Shown here: positions 19,477 through 30,433 of the stretch, one piece after another
Numbering within the stretch: position 1 is the stretch's first letter
How the letters are laid out: every line of letters starts with the position of its first letter
Assembly: GCA_903831265.1 (NCBI GenBank)
Contig: CAIKXD010000081.1
Span: 1,737 to 65,736, forward strand
Length of the DNA: 64,000 bases
Direction of reading: 5' to 3'
From: an uncultured Bacteroidota bacterium
GTDB taxonomy: Bacteria; Bacteroidota; Bacteroidia; UBA4408
Program-made: the position numbers and the translations under genes
Notes under the pieces: generated by a model
Databases searched by the model: none
What the model was told of the DNA's origin: nothing
What the model saw: the letters and a program-made list of their open reading frames with translations, nothing else

Positions 19477-20355
19477 ATGCTGATTGCCATTTACGGAAAA
19501 TCTTTAAACAACTACAATGCTAATCCAATTCAGCGCCTAATTGCCAAATTGGAGGAAGCGGGTGCAGAGTTGTGTGTGCACGAAGATTTTTACACAATTA
19601 TAAAAGAAAAAATCAAATTCACTTCCATAATCTCATTTTTCAAAGATGAAAAAGTATTGTTAAAAAGGCCTAACTTTTTTTGCAGTATTGGAGGCGATGG
19701 CACAATGTTAAAAACAATTACTTTAGTGGGGGCTTCCGAAGTTCCTATAATTGGCATAAACACCGGCAGATTAGGTTTTTTATCGGGTATTTCCATACAA
19801 GATATTGAACCTGCGATAGACAAAATATTTGCAGGAGATTTCGATTTGGATAAGCGCAGTTTAGTTAGGTTAGAGTCTGTTAATAACCCTTACTTAAAAA
19901 GTAATTTTGCTCTTAATGAAATTACAATTCATAAAAATGACAATACAACCATGATGACCATTCATGCATGGGTTAATGGAGAGTTTTTAAATGCCTACTG
20001 GGCCGATGGATTGATAATTTCAACACCAACTGGTTCTACGGCTTACAGTTTAAGCTGTGGCGGTCCGCTTGTAATGCCCGATTCTGCAAATTTTATTATA
20101 ACACCAATTTCACCACACAATCTCAATGTACGTCCTATTATTATTTCTGATAAAGATGTGGTAACACTCAAAGTGGAAGCCAGAAATAAAAACTTTTTAG
20201 TAACGCTTGATTCTCGCCAAGAGGTCTTTGATGCTGATGAGGAGCTGACAATTTTGCGCGAAAAATTTGAAATTAATCTTGTAAGACTCAAAGGTAACGA
20301 TTTTATGAGCACATTGCGTCAGAAATTAATGTGGGGAATCGACAAAAGAAATTGA
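19477..20355 (+). CDS. nadK: NAD kinase
   Basis: GGDGTML and TPTGSTAYSLSCGGP motifs. Confidence 0.9.
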   Translation: MLIAIYGKSLNNYNANPIQRLIAKLEEAGAELCVHEDFYTIIKEKIKFTSIISFFKDEKVLLKRPNFFCSIGGDGTMLKTITLVGASEVPIIGINTGRLGFLSGISIQDIEPAIDKIFAGDFDLDKRSLVRLESVNNPYLKSNFALNEITIHKNDNTTMMTIHAWVNGEFLNAYWADGLIISTPTGSTAYSLSCGGPLVMPDSANFIITPISPHNLNVRPIIISDKDVVTLKVEARNKNFLVTLDSRQEVFDADEELTILREKFEINLVRLKGNDFMSTLRQKLMWGIDKRN

Positions 20356-20491
20356 AAATTTTATTAATGTATTTCCATTGTTTCATCAACAATCCTTATT
20401 TTAATTCATTCTAAATTGCAATGCAAAGTTCCTTTATGTGAACAATGGCGCGCCTTACGCTGTTTAGCACAAAAATCTAAATAAAAAGAAC

Positions 20492-20522
20492 TTTGATAAA
20501 ACAAGGTATGTTTATAAATTTG
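20492..20522 (+). promoter_or_regulatory. Bacteroidota sigma-A type promoter for sdhCAB
   Basis: TTTG at 20492-20495, a 19-nt spacer, then TAAATTTG (TAnnTTTG) at 20515-20522. This lies 32 nt upstream of the ATG. Confidence 0.5.
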
Positions 20523-20553
20523 CACCACTTTTAAAATAATATTACCGATCAAT

Positions 20554-21255
20554 ATGAATAAAAAATCAACCAAATCAGGATTATTTAGCACCCTCATCGG
20601 AAAAAAGATGTTGATGGGTATAACAGGTCTTTTCCTTATCACTTTTCTTATGGTTCATTGTGGGATTAACATGCTCATTTTTGCTAACGATGGCGGAGTA
20701 TTGTTTAACAAAGGAGCTGAGTTTATGGGAACTAACCCACTAATCAGAATCATGGAAATTGTTTTATTTTTGGGTATTATAGCACATATTGTTGATGCGC
20801 TTGTATTAACTTTAGCAAACAAAAAAAGTCGCTCAGTAAAGTATGCGCATGAAAAACCCAATGCCAATAGTAAATGGTATAGCCGTTGGATGGGCCTTTT
20901 GGGAACTTTAATTTTAATGTTTTTAATTATGCACCTTAACCATTTTTGGATTGTAACTAGATTCACCGATCATATCGCTCACAGTGAATTAGACAAATTG
21001 CCAGGTCAAGAAACCATGTTTGAAGAAATGAAAGAGATATTCGAAAATCCTCTTATTGTGCTCTTATATGTCGCTTCTATGGTTAGTTTAGCTTATCACT
21101 TATTACACGGTTTTCAGTCAGCATTTCAAACTATGGGTTGGAATCATCCAAAATACACACCAGCCATCAAAAAAACAGGTTTTTGGTTTTCTGTTATCAT
21201 TTCAGTTTTATTTGCGATTATGCCTATTGCTATGCACTTAGGTATCATAAAATAG
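20554..21255 (+). CDS. sdhC: succinate dehydrogenase/fumarate reductase cytochrome b subunit
   Basis: 233 aa with five hydrophobic helices and conserved His residues. It sits immediately upstream of sdhA/sdhB. Confidence 0.85.
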   Translation: MNKKSTKSGLFSTLIGKKMLMGITGLFLITFLMVHCGINMLIFANDGGVLFNKGAEFMGTNPLIRIMEIVLFLGIIAHIVDALVLTLANKKSRSVKYAHEKPNANSKWYSRWMGLLGTLILMFLIMHLNHFWIVTRFTDHIAHSELDKLPGQETMFEEMKEIFENPLIVLLYVASMVSLAYHLLHGFQSAFQTMGWNHPKYTPAIKKTGFWFSVIISVLFAIMPIAMHLGIIK

Positions 21256-21307
21256 TAATTCTTGAACCAATAAAAAAATTAAATTAATATCATCAAAATA
21301 AGAAGAT

Positions 21308-23224
21308 ATGACAGTACTAGATTCAAAAATACCCGAAGGTCCATTAGAAACTAAGTGGAGCAATTATAAATCGCACGTTAAATTAGTCAATCCTTCCAAT
21401 AAAAGAAAGTTAGAAATTATTGTTGTTGGAACTGGTTTAGCTGGAGCTTCAGCTGCAGCAAGTTTGGCAGAATTAGGTTATAAAGTAAAAGCTTATTGTT
21501 ACCAAGATAGCCCAAGAAGAGCACATTCGATTGCTGCTCAAGGCGGTATTAATGCAGCAAAAAACTACAAAAATGATGGCGATAGCGTTTACCGATTATT
21601 TTATGATACCATCAAAGGTGGCGATTTTAGAGCGCGTGAGGCCAATGTGTATAGATTAGCTGAAGTTAGCACAAGCATCATAGATCAATGTGTTGCACAG
21701 GGTGTACCTTTTGCTCGCGAATATGGTGGCTTGTTAGACAACCGTTCTTTTGGTGGAGCACAAGTATCACGTACCTTTTATGCAAGAGGGCAAACAGGAC
21801 AGCAATTATTATTGGGCGCTTATTCTGCTCTAAGCCGTCAAATTGGTCTAGGAAATGTTGAAATGTTTAGCCGTCACGAAATGGTTGAACTCGTTAATAT
21901 TGATGGAAAAGCCAGAGGAATAATAGCTCGCGATTTAAAAACTGGAAAATTAGAACGTCATTTTGGTCATGCAGTTGTATTAGCCACTGGTGGATATGGA
22001 AATGTGTTTTTCTTAAGCACAAACGCTATGGGCTGCAACGTAACAGCGGCTTGGAAAGCGCATAAGAAAGGCGCATTTTTTGCAAACCCTTGCTACACAC
22101 AAATACATCCAACTTGTATTCCCGTTTCTGGCGACTATCAGTCAAAACTTACTTTAATGAGTGAGTCTTTACGTAATGATGGTAGGGTTTGGGTGCCTAA
22201 AAAACAGGGCGATAAACGTAAACCACAGGATATTCCTGAAGAAGAAAGAGATTACTATTTAGAACGCAAGTATCCTAGTTTCGGAAATTTAGCACCTCGT
22301 GATATTTCATCAAGAGCAGCCAAAGAAGCTTGTGATGATGGCAGAGGTGTAGGTGAATCGGGATTAGCAGTTTATCTTGATTTTGCGGATGCGGTTAAAA
22401 GATTAGGTAAAAGCGTGGTTGAAGCTCGTTATGGAAACCTCTTCGATATGTACAAACACATTACCAATGAAGATCCATACCAAACACCTATGCGCATATA
22501 TCCTGCAGTGCATTACACGATGGGAGGCTTATGGGTTGATTACAACTTAATGACAACTGTTCAAGGTTTATACGCTACAGGCGAAAGTAATTTTAGTGAT
22601 CATGGTGCTAATAGACTGGGAGCAAGTGCCTTAATGCAAGGCTTAGCCGATGGTTATTTTGTATTGCCATATACAATTGGCGATTACTTAGCTGGTGAAA
22701 TTTTTACCAAAGCAGTTCCAACAGATCACCCTGCATTTGTGGAAGCAGAAAAAGCAGCTAACGAGAGAATTCAAAAGCTTTTATCGGTTAAAGGTAATAG
22801 AACAGTGGATGATTTTCATAAATCATTAGGCAAAATTATATGGGAATACTGCGGAATGGCGCGCAGTGCAGAAGGCTTAACTAAAGCTAAAGGTTTACTA
22901 AAGCAATTAAGAGAAGATTTTTGGAAAGATGTGAGAGTTACAGGTGGAGCTGAAGAAATGAATGTTGATTTAGAAAAAGCAGGACGTGTAGCTGACTTTA
23001 TAGAACTTGGTGAGTTAATGGTGAACGATGCTTTGCAAAGAAATGAAAGTTGTGGTGGACATTTTAGAGTAGAATATCAAGATGAAGGTGAAGCCCAGAG
23101 AAATGACGCTGAGTATGCTTATGTATCTGCATGGGAGCACAAAGGTGTTGGTCAAGAAGCCCAATTGCATAAAGAAGACCTAGTTTTCGAAAATATAAAA
23201 TTAGCAACACGTTCATACAAGTAA
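21308..23224 (+). CDS. sdhA: succinate dehydrogenase/fumarate reductase flavoprotein subunit
   Basis: FAD fold [13 protein letters not shown]-attachment region [13 protein letters not shown] and HYTMGGL. Confidence 0.97.
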   Translation: MTVLDSKIPEGPLETKWSNYKSHVKLVNPSNKRKLEIIVVGTGLAGASAAASLAELGYKVKAYCYQDSPRRAHSIAAQGGINAAKNYKNDGDSVYRLFYDTIKGGDFRAREANVYRLAEVSTSIIDQCVAQGVPFAREYGGLLDNRSFGGAQVSRTFYARGQTGQQLLLGAYSALSRQIGLGNVEMFSRHEMVELVNIDGKARGIIARDLKTGKLERHFGHAVVLATGGYGNVFFLSTNAMGCNVTAAWKAHKKGAFFANPCYTQIHPTCIPVSGDYQSKLTLMSESLRNDGRVWVPKKQGDKRKPQDIPEEERDYYLERKYPSFGNLAPRDISSRAAKEACDDGRGVGESGLAVYLDFADAVKRLGKSVVEARYGNLFDMYKHITNEDPYQTPMRIYPAVHYTMGGLWVDYNLMTTVQGLYATGESNFSDHGANRLGASALMQGLADGYFVLPYTIGDYLAGEIFTKAVPTDHPAFVEAEKAANERIQKLLSVKGNRTVDDFHKSLGKIIWEYCGMARSAEGLTKAKGLLKQLREDFWKDVRVTGGAEEMNVDLEKAGRVADFIELGELMVNDALQRNESCGGHFRVEYQDEGEAQRNDAEYAYVSAWEHKGVGQEAQLHKEDLVFENIKLATRSYK

Positions 23225-23261
23225 TAACTAAGTTTAAACAGGTTTTAAATACCTAAATCAT

Positions 23262-24002
23262 ATGAAGTTTAATTTAAAAATATGGCGTCAGAAAAACGCC
23301 CAGGTAGCAGGTAAAATGGTCGATTATGTTATCGACAATATCAACGCGGATATGTCATTTTTAGAAATGATGGATGTGTTGAATGAAGAATTAATAAGAA
23401 AAGGTGATGAGCCTGTGGCATTCGACCACGATTGCCGAGAAGGTATTTGTGGCATGTGCAGTATGCATATTAATGGACGTCCACACGGGCCATTAAGAGG
23501 TACCACCACCTGTCAATTGTACATGCGTAATTTTACCGATGGTGAAACCATTTATATTGAACCATTTAGAGCAGATGCCTTTCCTATAATTCGTGATTTG
23601 GCGGTCGATCGTAGTGCTTTTGATCGTATCATGCAAGTAGGTGGATTTATTTCAGTAAATACAGGCCAAGTGCAAGATGCAAACAATATTCCGGTGAATA
23701 AAGCGGATGCTGATTTAGCAATGGATGCTGCTTCTTGTATAGGCTGTGGAGCCTGCGTGGCTGCTTGCAAAAACGCTTCGGCAAGTTTGTTTGTAAGTGC
23801 TAAAATTTCGCAATACGCACTTTTGCCTCAAGGCAGAATTGAAGCCAAAGAGAGAGTATTAGCTATGGTTAACCAAATGGATGATGAAGGCTTTGGCAGT
23901 TGCACTAACACTGGCGCTTGCGAAGCTGAATGCCCTAAAGGAATATCACTAACCAATATTGCTCGTATGAATAGAGAGTATTATTCAGCTTCTATTTCTT
24001 AA
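23262..24002 (+). CDS. sdhB: succinate dehydrogenase/fumarate reductase iron-sulfur subunit
   Basis: Cys clusters [20 protein letters not shown] and [12 protein letters not shown]. Confidence 0.95.
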   Translation: MKFNLKIWRQKNAQVAGKMVDYVIDNINADMSFLEMMDVLNEELIRKGDEPVAFDHDCREGICGMCSMHINGRPHGPLRGTTTCQLYMRNFTDGETIYIEPFRADAFPIIRDLAVDRSAFDRIMQVGGFISVNTGQVQDANNIPVNKADADLAMDAASCIGCGACVAACKNASASLFVSAKISQYALLPQGRIEAKERVLAMVNQMDDEGFGSCTNTGACEAECPKGISLTNIARMNREYYSASIS

Positions 24003-24020
24003 TAATTTATCAATTTTTAA

Positions 24021-24054
24021 AAACCGCAAAGCATAATAACTTTGCGGTTTTTTT
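24021..24054 (+). terminator. rho-independent terminator after sdhB
   Basis: Stem CCGCAAAG (24024-24031) pairs with CTTTGCGG (24040-24047), followed by T7. Confidence 0.85.
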
Positions 24055-24084
24055 ATAGTTTCACCCTCTTTTAAAAGCACAAAC

Positions 24085-25152
24085 ATGTCAAGATTTCATT
24101 CACTTACCGTAAAGGAAGTTACACGCGAAACTGCAGATTGCGTTTCTATTGCCTTTCAAATTCCTACGCATTTAAGCAGCGAGTTCACCTACTTGCATGG
24201 TCAATACATTACTTTTAAATTAAACATTGCTGGTCAAGAAATAAGACGCTCCTATTCGGTTTGCAGCAGTCCTTTAACCGATGAAGATTTGCGTGTGGCA
24301 GTTAAAAAAGTAAAAGAAGGTAAAGGATCAACTTTTTTGAATGATCATGTAAAGGCAGGGGATGTGTTAGAAGTAATGACACCGATGGGTAATTTTAATA
24401 CCCCGATTAATGCTTCAAATGAAAAAGAATATATTTTATTTGCAGGAGGAAGTGGCATAACACCTATGCTAAGTATCATTAAAAGTGTTTTAAAATCCGA
24501 GCCACAAAGCACTATTCAGTTGTTTTATGGTAATGAAAATGAAGCTTCAATTATTTTTAAACAACAACTTGCTAACATAGAACAAGAATCTCAAGGCAAG
24601 TTAAAGGTTCATCATATCCTAAATCAGGCAGATGCATCTCATAATGCCATTTATAAAGGTATTATGACCATGGATAAAGTTGCAGCTTTGATGAATGGTT
24701 TTGTAAAAGTAAATAGCAATTCTGAAATCTTTATCTGCGGCCCAACGCCAATGATGCAGAATGTGGAGCAAACCTTGCAAAACCTCAATGTACCAAAAGC
24801 TCAGGTGCATTTAGAATATTTTACAGCACCTGTTGATGCTGCTGCTATGGCAGAACCTACAGGCACAAAAAAAGCCAGTTTAACCATTATTTTAGATGGC
24901 GATGAAGTGGTAACAGAATTATTACCCGATGAAACCATTTTAGAAGCAGCTTTAAGAATCAACTTAGATGCACCTTATGCATGCCAAGGAGGTTCATGCT
25001 GCACTTGCAGAGCTTTACTAGTAGAAGGTAAAGTAGAAATGAAAGTAAACTACGCCCTATTAGATGCCGAAGTAAAACAAGGGTTTATTTTAACCTGCCA
25101 ATCGCACGCCCTTAGTGATACGATTGTGGTGGATTATGATAAAGGTAAATAA
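24085..25152 (+). CDS. ferredoxin-NAD(P) reductase with C-terminal 2Fe-2S domain (PaaE-like)
   Basis: RSYS flavin motif, GGSGITP NAD(P) motif and C-terminal CQGGSCCTCRA...LTCQS plant-type ferredoxin cysteines. Confidence 0.85.
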   Translation: MSRFHSLTVKEVTRETADCVSIAFQIPTHLSSEFTYLHGQYITFKLNIAGQEIRRSYSVCSSPLTDEDLRVAVKKVKEGKGSTFLNDHVKAGDVLEVMTPMGNFNTPINASNEKEYILFAGGSGITPMLSIIKSVLKSEPQSTIQLFYGNENEASIIFKQQLANIEQESQGKLKVHHILNQADASHNAIYKGIMTMDKVAALMNGFVKVNSNSEIFICGPTPMMQNVEQTLQNLNVPKAQVHLEYFTAPVDAAAMAEPTGTKKASLTIILDGDEVVTELLPDETILEAALRINLDAPYACQGGSCCTCRALLVEGKVEMKVNYALLDAEVKQGFILTCQSHALSDTIVVDYDKGK

Positions 25153-25278
25153 GTTTTAAAAATCAGCTTTATTTTTACTTTTAATACAATTTATCATTTG
25201 ATGAATTAAACTAAAGCATATTTCTTTGTTTTAAAATTCAAAGAATAGAGGCGTTTGCAGTTTTTTAAATTAACACAA

Positions 25279-26046
25279 CTATTTTACAATCACATCTTCG
25301 TGTACAATTCTGTAGTAGTGCCCAGAAGCCATGAAGTGCGGTAATTTTTGAGCTAACCAATTATCGAATTTTGATAATGACTTTAGCGGTATAAACGGCA
25401 AATAAGTTTCAAAAATAGGTGCAAGAAAATATGCATTCTTTACTTCAATTACCTTCATTCCCATTGCTTTTAATTCGCGTTTAAGACGGGGAACAGTAAA
25501 GAAATTTACATGAGGTGTGTCATAATTTTGAGAGTAGGGTTCTTTTTTTCCTAAGAGTTTTTTTACTTTCCAAATAAACCCATTTAAACCCATTTTTCGC
25601 ATTAAGTAAAGTGGCTGCATTCCAATCTCAAACGGACCAAAGCCATTGGGTACAGTTATTAATAACTGCATACCTTTTTTTCCATTTTTGGCTGCGTAAG
25701 CCAAAATTTCAGTATAGTTTGGAATGTGTTCCAACACTTCGGTTAAAATGATATAATCATACTTACTGATATCACCTTTCTCGAAATATAAAAACTCTAA
25801 TTTTAAATTATTAAATTTATTTTTACTTGCTGTAATATCTAGGTTACCTTGGTGCACATCTATTCCCGTGACTTGCGCATTAGGAATAAGACAAAGTGGT
25901 AAAGTTACATTTCCTGTACCACAACCCACATCTAATATATTAACAGGGGTTTTTTTTGAATTTTTGATGGTATTATATATCCAATCAAGTCTTTCGTAAT
26001 GACAAGGAAAGTCTACATATTCGGTGTACTGATCAAATTCGGCCAT
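25279..26046 (-). CDS. class I SAM-dependent methyltransferase
   Basis: Motif I ILDVGCGTGN plus a downstream acidic loop. Confidence 0.8.
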   Translation of the reverse strand: MAEFDQYTEYVDFPCHYERLDWIYNTIKNSKKTPVNILDVGCGTGNVTLPLCLIPNAQVTGIDVHQGNLDITASKNKFNNLKLEFLYFEKGDISKYDYIILTEVLEHIPNYTEILAYAAKNGKKGMQLLITVPNGFGPFEIGMQPLYLMRKMGLNGFIWKVKKLLGKKEPYSQNYDTPHVNFFTVPRLKRELKAMGMKVIEVKNAYFLAPIFETYLPFIPLKSLSKFDNWLAQKLPHFMASGHYYRIVHEDVIVK

Positions 26047-26067
26047 AAAATTTTATTTCTACAAAAA

Positions 26068-26859
26068 TTAGAACTTGATGCCCAACTTGAGCATCGTTCT
26101 TTTAATGTTATTCTTTAAAGTTTCCTTAACATCTGTTTTAATCTTTTTAAGCGCGCCTTCTTCGGGCCTTGCTTTAAATACGGTATCATGGTATTTTCCT
26201 TTATAATCTCCAATAGGAGTGTAGTAATAAGAATAAAAAGATTTACGTGTTTCGCCTTCAGGAACAGTAATAGTGGAATAACCATGATAGCTTATTTCAC
26301 TGGTTTCGAAAATTACACAACGGTTAAAACTTGGTAAATAAGCTTGACCTAATTTTGTAACATCCTTATTCCACAATTCTACTTTCCCACCATACTCTTC
26401 CTTCCAGTTTTTATTTAGGAAAATTAAAAGATTCAAGCGCCTGTGAATTTTTTGAATATGATGAATATTAAAATCAATATGTACATCCAAATAGCTTCCA
26501 TTTTTTCCTTGGTGAACCCCTGAGCCAAGACTGTCATTGGTAGTAAACAAATCTTTAATACCTGTAATTTTTTCTAGCGTGTCTGTCATTTCTTTAGAAG
26601 AAACAGCCTCTTTTAATTCTTGGAAACAAGGATTGAATTGCTCAAAATTACTACCTTCTGACTTGTTCTCGTTGAGCCCATGATAATGTTTATTTAATAC
26701 TTCCAAAGGCGGAAAATGATTGTATATTTTGTCGGCAAACTCTGGCGTTAAAAAGTTGTCGATAGCCAAATGCTTGTATGGTTGTGCATTATTAAATTGG
26801 CTACTAAGATGAGCGATATTTTCTTCGGTGAAAAAATCTTTTCTGATTATACTTTGCAT
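26068..26859 (-). CDS. 2OG-Fe(II) oxygenase-superfamily protein (putative)
   Basis: HxD in LDVHIDFN and a distal His in EISYHGYS, with spacing compatible with the jelly-roll facial triad. Confidence 0.55.
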   Translation of the reverse strand: MQSIIRKDFFTEENIAHLSSQFNNAQPYKHLAIDNFLTPEFADKIYNHFPPLEVLNKHYHGLNENKSEGSNFEQFNPCFQELKEAVSSKEMTDTLEKITGIKDLFTTNDSLGSGVHQGKNGSYLDVHIDFNIHHIQKIHRRLNLLIFLNKNWKEEYGGKVELWNKDVTKLGQAYLPSFNRCVIFETSEISYHGYSTITVPEGETRKSFYSYYYTPIGDYKGKYHDTVFKARPEEGALKKIKTDVKETLKNNIKRTMLKLGIKF

Positions 26860-26900
26860 CGGATATTTCTTTAAAAGGTCTTCAAAATTAACAATAAGAT

Positions 26901-27278
26901 TTATTTTTTTGTACTACTGTAGAGCATTAAGGTTTCAAATACCGTAAAACAGGTATAGTGGAGCAAAAACCAAATTATAAATGTTTTTGCCATCATTTTA
27001 TTGAATAGAAAGAAAAAAACGATAATGGCCAAATATAAAAGTAATTTAAGCGTGGTTGCCAGCATAAATTTTCGAACAAACGCGTTGGCCTTTTCATTTG
27101 CGCCAGTAGTTAAAAAAAGATGCATCAAAAGGGTGGTGATGACAAAGAGTACATAAATACTCCATGTTAATTTATTAAGCGGCAATGCCTCAATAGTATT
27201 GCTTAGTGATATTATTAGTATTAAAAAACCAACATTAAAAAGCCCAAATATTACAGGGTACCGCTTTAACATATACAC
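26901..27278 (-). CDS. small polytopic membrane protein
   Basis: 125 aa with four hydrophobic helices. It lies 4 nt downstream of the AtpZ-like gene. Confidence 0.55.
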   Translation of the reverse strand: MYMLKRYPVIFGLFNVGFLILIISLSNTIEALPLNKLTWSIYVLFVITTLLMHLFLTTGANEKANAFVRKFMLATTLKLLLYLAIIVFFFLFNKMMAKTFIIWFLLHYTCFTVFETLMLYSSTKK

Positions 27279-27282
27279 TTTC

Positions 27283-27528
27283 TTATTTATTTTTTATAAG
27301 GTCTTTAATAGTAAGATAAACTGCAATAATTACCGAAAGTATAGTTAGCGTGGCAGTAAATATATTGTTTTTAATGCCAAAGTATTTATCAATTTGAATA
27401 CCTCCAAAAGCTCCAAGAAGCATGATGGCACCCATTTGCAAACCCATACCACTATATCGGAGTATGCTGTTTGATTGATTGGTTTTAGGCTGTTTTTTCG
27501 ATTTTTTTATCTCTTCCTTGTTCTGCAT
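27283..27528 (-). CDS. AtpZ/AtpI-like small membrane protein
   Basis: 81 aa with a basic N-terminus followed by YSGMGLQMGAIMLLGAFGG and a second helix. Confidence 0.55.
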   Translation of the reverse strand: MQNKEEIKKSKKQPKTNQSNSILRYSGMGLQMGAIMLLGAFGGIQIDKYFGIKNNIFTATLTILSVIIAVYLTIKDLIKNK

Positions 27529-27919
27529 GTTTCAAGTCTTTAACTACCCCACCCATGCTGCAAGAACCGCTAAAGTTAGCACCCGGTTCAATTGAAAGTT
27601 TGTTGGTTACAATTTCTCCTTTAAGGTTTGCTGTAGCTTTTAATGCCAATAGTTCGGTTACTGTGATATTACCTTTTATTGCACCTGATATGTCTGCATT
27701 TTGGCAAATGATTTCGCCTTCTACGCTACCAGTGCTGCCAATCACAACTTTTCCCTTAGTGTTTACCGAACCTACTAATGTTCCATCAATTCTAACATCA
27801 CCATTAGATTTTATCTCCCCACTGATGCTCGTGCCCACACCAATTAAGTTAATGCTTCCTGTATCGATATCATGATTTTTAGTCATAAAAGAAGTTTTGG
27901 TTTTATTAAACATGGCCAA
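27485..27919 (-). CDS. bactofilin (polymer-forming cytoskeletal protein)
   Basis: Repetitive beta-helix pattern (G.I.S.GDVRIDG.L.G.V...GKVVIG..G.VEGEI) typical of bactofilins. Confidence 0.8.
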   Translation of the reverse strand: MAMFNKTKTSFMTKNHDIDTGSINLIGVGTSISGEIKSNGDVRIDGTLVGSVNTKGKVVIGSTGSVEGEIICQNADISGAIKGNITVTELLALKATANLKGEIVTNKLSIEPGANFSGSCSMGGVVKDLKHAEQGRDKKIEKTA

Positions 27920-28046
27920 AGTATTTTAAGATTAAGAATTAATAGAATTATTAGTTAATGGCAAATGTACACATTATTTAAAAATTCATTCATTTTAGCT
28001 TATTATGAAAGGTTAAAAGCATATAAATCAATACTTTGTGTTTTTA

Positions 28047-28853
28047 TTAATTGGCATAAATATCAATTTTATCTGGTAATCTCATAAAAACTCTGTTTTT
28101 TTGGAGACGAATTTGTTTGATATCATTTTGGGGCAAAGGCATTTCATTTTCTTGTAATAAATCCATACTAAAACTTCCAAATCCTTTATTATCGATAAAA
28201 TATAAGCTGTTGTTTTCGACCTGTAAATCAATAATTGATTTTAGAGGAATTGTTTTGATATAAGTTCCAAATACATCAAATATCAATACTCCTGCAGTAG
28301 TATCGCATAAGTATACTTTGTTATTTGTTTCGAATAATGCAGTGGGTTTTATAGCATGGCCTGTTAATTGCGCAATATTTCCGCTTTGATGTGAAATTTT
28401 TAGGGTAGGCTCCATTCTAACGATCTCGAAATTAAGACTATTAAACACCCACATTCCATTGTCATGCGAAGAGCATGTTAAGGTTACCTGATCAAATCCT
28501 ATAGCAGATAAATCGATGCTGCTGGCCGAAGGAGCAAGCATGTTGTCTAAAAATAGAATTTTATTATAATCTTTATAAAAAGCCAATATCTTCATAGGAT
28601 TGCTAACATCTATGGAGAATAAATTACCAAAGCTTTTCAATGAGTTTTTTTGCAACAAAGTTCCTTGTGCGTCAAATTTAAAAATTTCTTCATTAGCTAC
28701 CGCATATAAGTTTCCTAACTTGTCGGTAGTAATGTTTTGCGATTTTAAGTCAATAGTTTTTATTAATTTGAGATTCTCAAAGGGAGTTTGGGCTTGTAAT
28801 GATAAAGACCAAAACACTAAACAATTAATTGCTACTAATGGCAGATTATACAT
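28047..28853 (-). CDS. hypothetical secreted protein (beta-propeller-like repeats)
   Basis: Signal peptide ending LQAQT. It overlaps the upstream GH3 gene by 8 nt. Confidence 0.55.
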   Translation of the reverse strand: MYNLPLVAINCLVFWSLSLQAQTPFENLKLIKTIDLKSQNITTDKLGNLYAVANEEIFKFDAQGTLLQKNSLKSFGNLFSIDVSNPMKILAFYKDYNKILFLDNMLAPSASSIDLSAIGFDQVTLTCSSHDNGMWVFNSLNFEIVRMEPTLKISHQSGNIAQLTGHAIKPTALFETNNKVYLCDTTAGVLIFDVFGTYIKTIPLKSIIDLQVENNSLYFIDNKGFGSFSMDLLQENEMPLPQNDIKQIRLQKNRVFMRLPDKIDIYAN

Positions 28854-30363
28854 TGTGATTCATGTGAAATAAAATTTCGTCAATAATAATGCGTTCATTT
28901 GACAGGCGGGGTACTTTGAACTGACCGCCTAATTTGTTTTTACTTTTCAACCAATTAAAAAAAGTTCCATTAATTGCCTCAACTATTACAGGTGGTTTTA
29001 AAATCATATCGCTGTAGCGCTTGGCTTCATAATCCGAATTAAGATTCTTTAAAGAATTATCGAGTAATTCTGCAAAAAATTCTATATCATTTGGTCTTTT
29101 ATCAAACTCTATTAACCACTGATGACTGCCGCTTTCTTTATCTTCAAAATATACAGGTGCAGCAGTATATTCAATAATTGTGGCTTCGGTTTTTTCACAA
29201 GCTACTAAAAGAGCTTGTTCAGCATTGTCAATCATCAACTCTTCGCCAAAAGCATTTATATAGTGTTTTGTTCTACCAACAATTTTAAAACGAAAAGGAT
29301 TTAAACATGTAAATTGAATAGTATCACCAATCTGATAACGCCAAAGACCACCATTTGTAGAAATTACCATTGCATAATCTACGTTTAGCTTTACTTCGTG
29401 TAATAAAATAGTTTTATTTCCAAGAGTATTATTGGGTAAAAAGGGTATGAATTCGTAATAAATGCCATAATCCAACATCAATAAAAAATCTTTAGAATTT
29501 AACCGGTCTTGAATGCCAAAAAATCCCTCAGAAGCATTGTAGGTTTCTAGATAGAAAATGTCTTTGTGGATAATACTCTTAAAACTATTTATATATGGAT
29601 TAAAATTAATACCTCCATGGAAATATACCTCTAGGTTAGGCCAAACCTCATTAATGTACTTTTTGCCAGTTTTTTCAAGAATGTGTCGCAGTAATATTAA
29701 CATCCAAGAAGGAACTCCAGCAAGGCTGGTAACATTTTCGATAATTGTTGCTTCGGCAAGCTTTTCAATTTTTTCTTCCCAATTATCCATTAAAGTAATT
29801 TCAGAATTTGGGGTTCTAGCTAGCTCCGCTAAAAAAGGTAAATTTTGAACAATAACTGCCGATAAGTCACCATCATAAGCGGTCTCTAGCCCTTGCACAG
29901 TTCTTAAGCTTCCTGCAAGTGTTAACGACTTTCCTGTAAAAAGTTGGGTTTCGGGAAAGTTACTGCAAAAAATACTCAGCATGTCTTTACCTCCCTTAAA
30001 ATGGCATTCTTCGAGAGATTCTGTGCTTATTGGAATAAATTTACTTTTATCATTTGTGGTACCCGAAGATTTTGCAAACCATTTAATTTCTGTATTCCAT
30101 AGGATCTGATGCTCACCTTTTCTCATTCTATCAATGTAAGGTTTTAGGCTATCATAATCCTGCAAAGGCACTCTTTCTGCAAATTGTTTAGCGTTTTCTA
30201 TCTCTTTATAATTATACATTCTGCCCCACTGCGTATCTGATGCAGATTTTAATAATTTGCTTAATCCTTCTCTCTGCACTTCATGCGGGTATTTCATAAA
30301 AAGCTCAATTTGATGCATGCGCTTTTTCATTAACCAAGATGCTATAGAATTAATTATTGCCAA
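28846..30363 (-). CDS. GH3-family acyl-acid amido synthetase-like protein
   Basis: About 500 aa with an N-terminal FAERVPLQDYDSLKPYI...FAKSSGTT..KSKFIP adenylation motif and the overall GH3 layout. Confidence 0.75.
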   Translation of the reverse strand: MAIINSIASWLMKKRMHQIELFMKYPHEVQREGLSKLLKSASDTQWGRMYNYKEIENAKQFAERVPLQDYDSLKPYIDRMRKGEHQILWNTEIKWFAKSSGTTNDKSKFIPISTESLEECHFKGGKDMLSIFCSNFPETQLFTGKSLTLAGSLRTVQGLETAYDGDLSAVIVQNLPFLAELARTPNSEITLMDNWEEKIEKLAEATIIENVTSLAGVPSWMLILLRHILEKTGKKYINEVWPNLEVYFHGGINFNPYINSFKSIIHKDIFYLETYNASEGFFGIQDRLNSKDFLLMLDYGIYYEFIPFLPNNTLGNKTILLHEVKLNVDYAMVISTNGGLWRYQIGDTIQFTCLNPFRFKIVGRTKHYINAFGEELMIDNAEQALLVACEKTEATIIEYTAAPVYFEDKESGSHQWLIEFDKRPNDIEFFAELLDNSLKNLNSDYEAKRYSDMILKPPVIVEAINGTFFNWLKSKNKLGGQFKVPRLSNERIIIDEILFHMNHNV

Positions 30364-30433
30364 TTTTTCAGAGATATTGAAGTGTAAATTTAGTGTGATT
30401 TTTTAATAAACAATGTAAGTTAGTGTTTAAATA

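Noticed and set aside
20406-20966. Minus-strand ORFs 20406-20642 and 20655-20966 opposite the sdhC promoter and gene
   Set aside because: They overlap a well-supported sdhC gene and its promoter, and I recognised no motifs.
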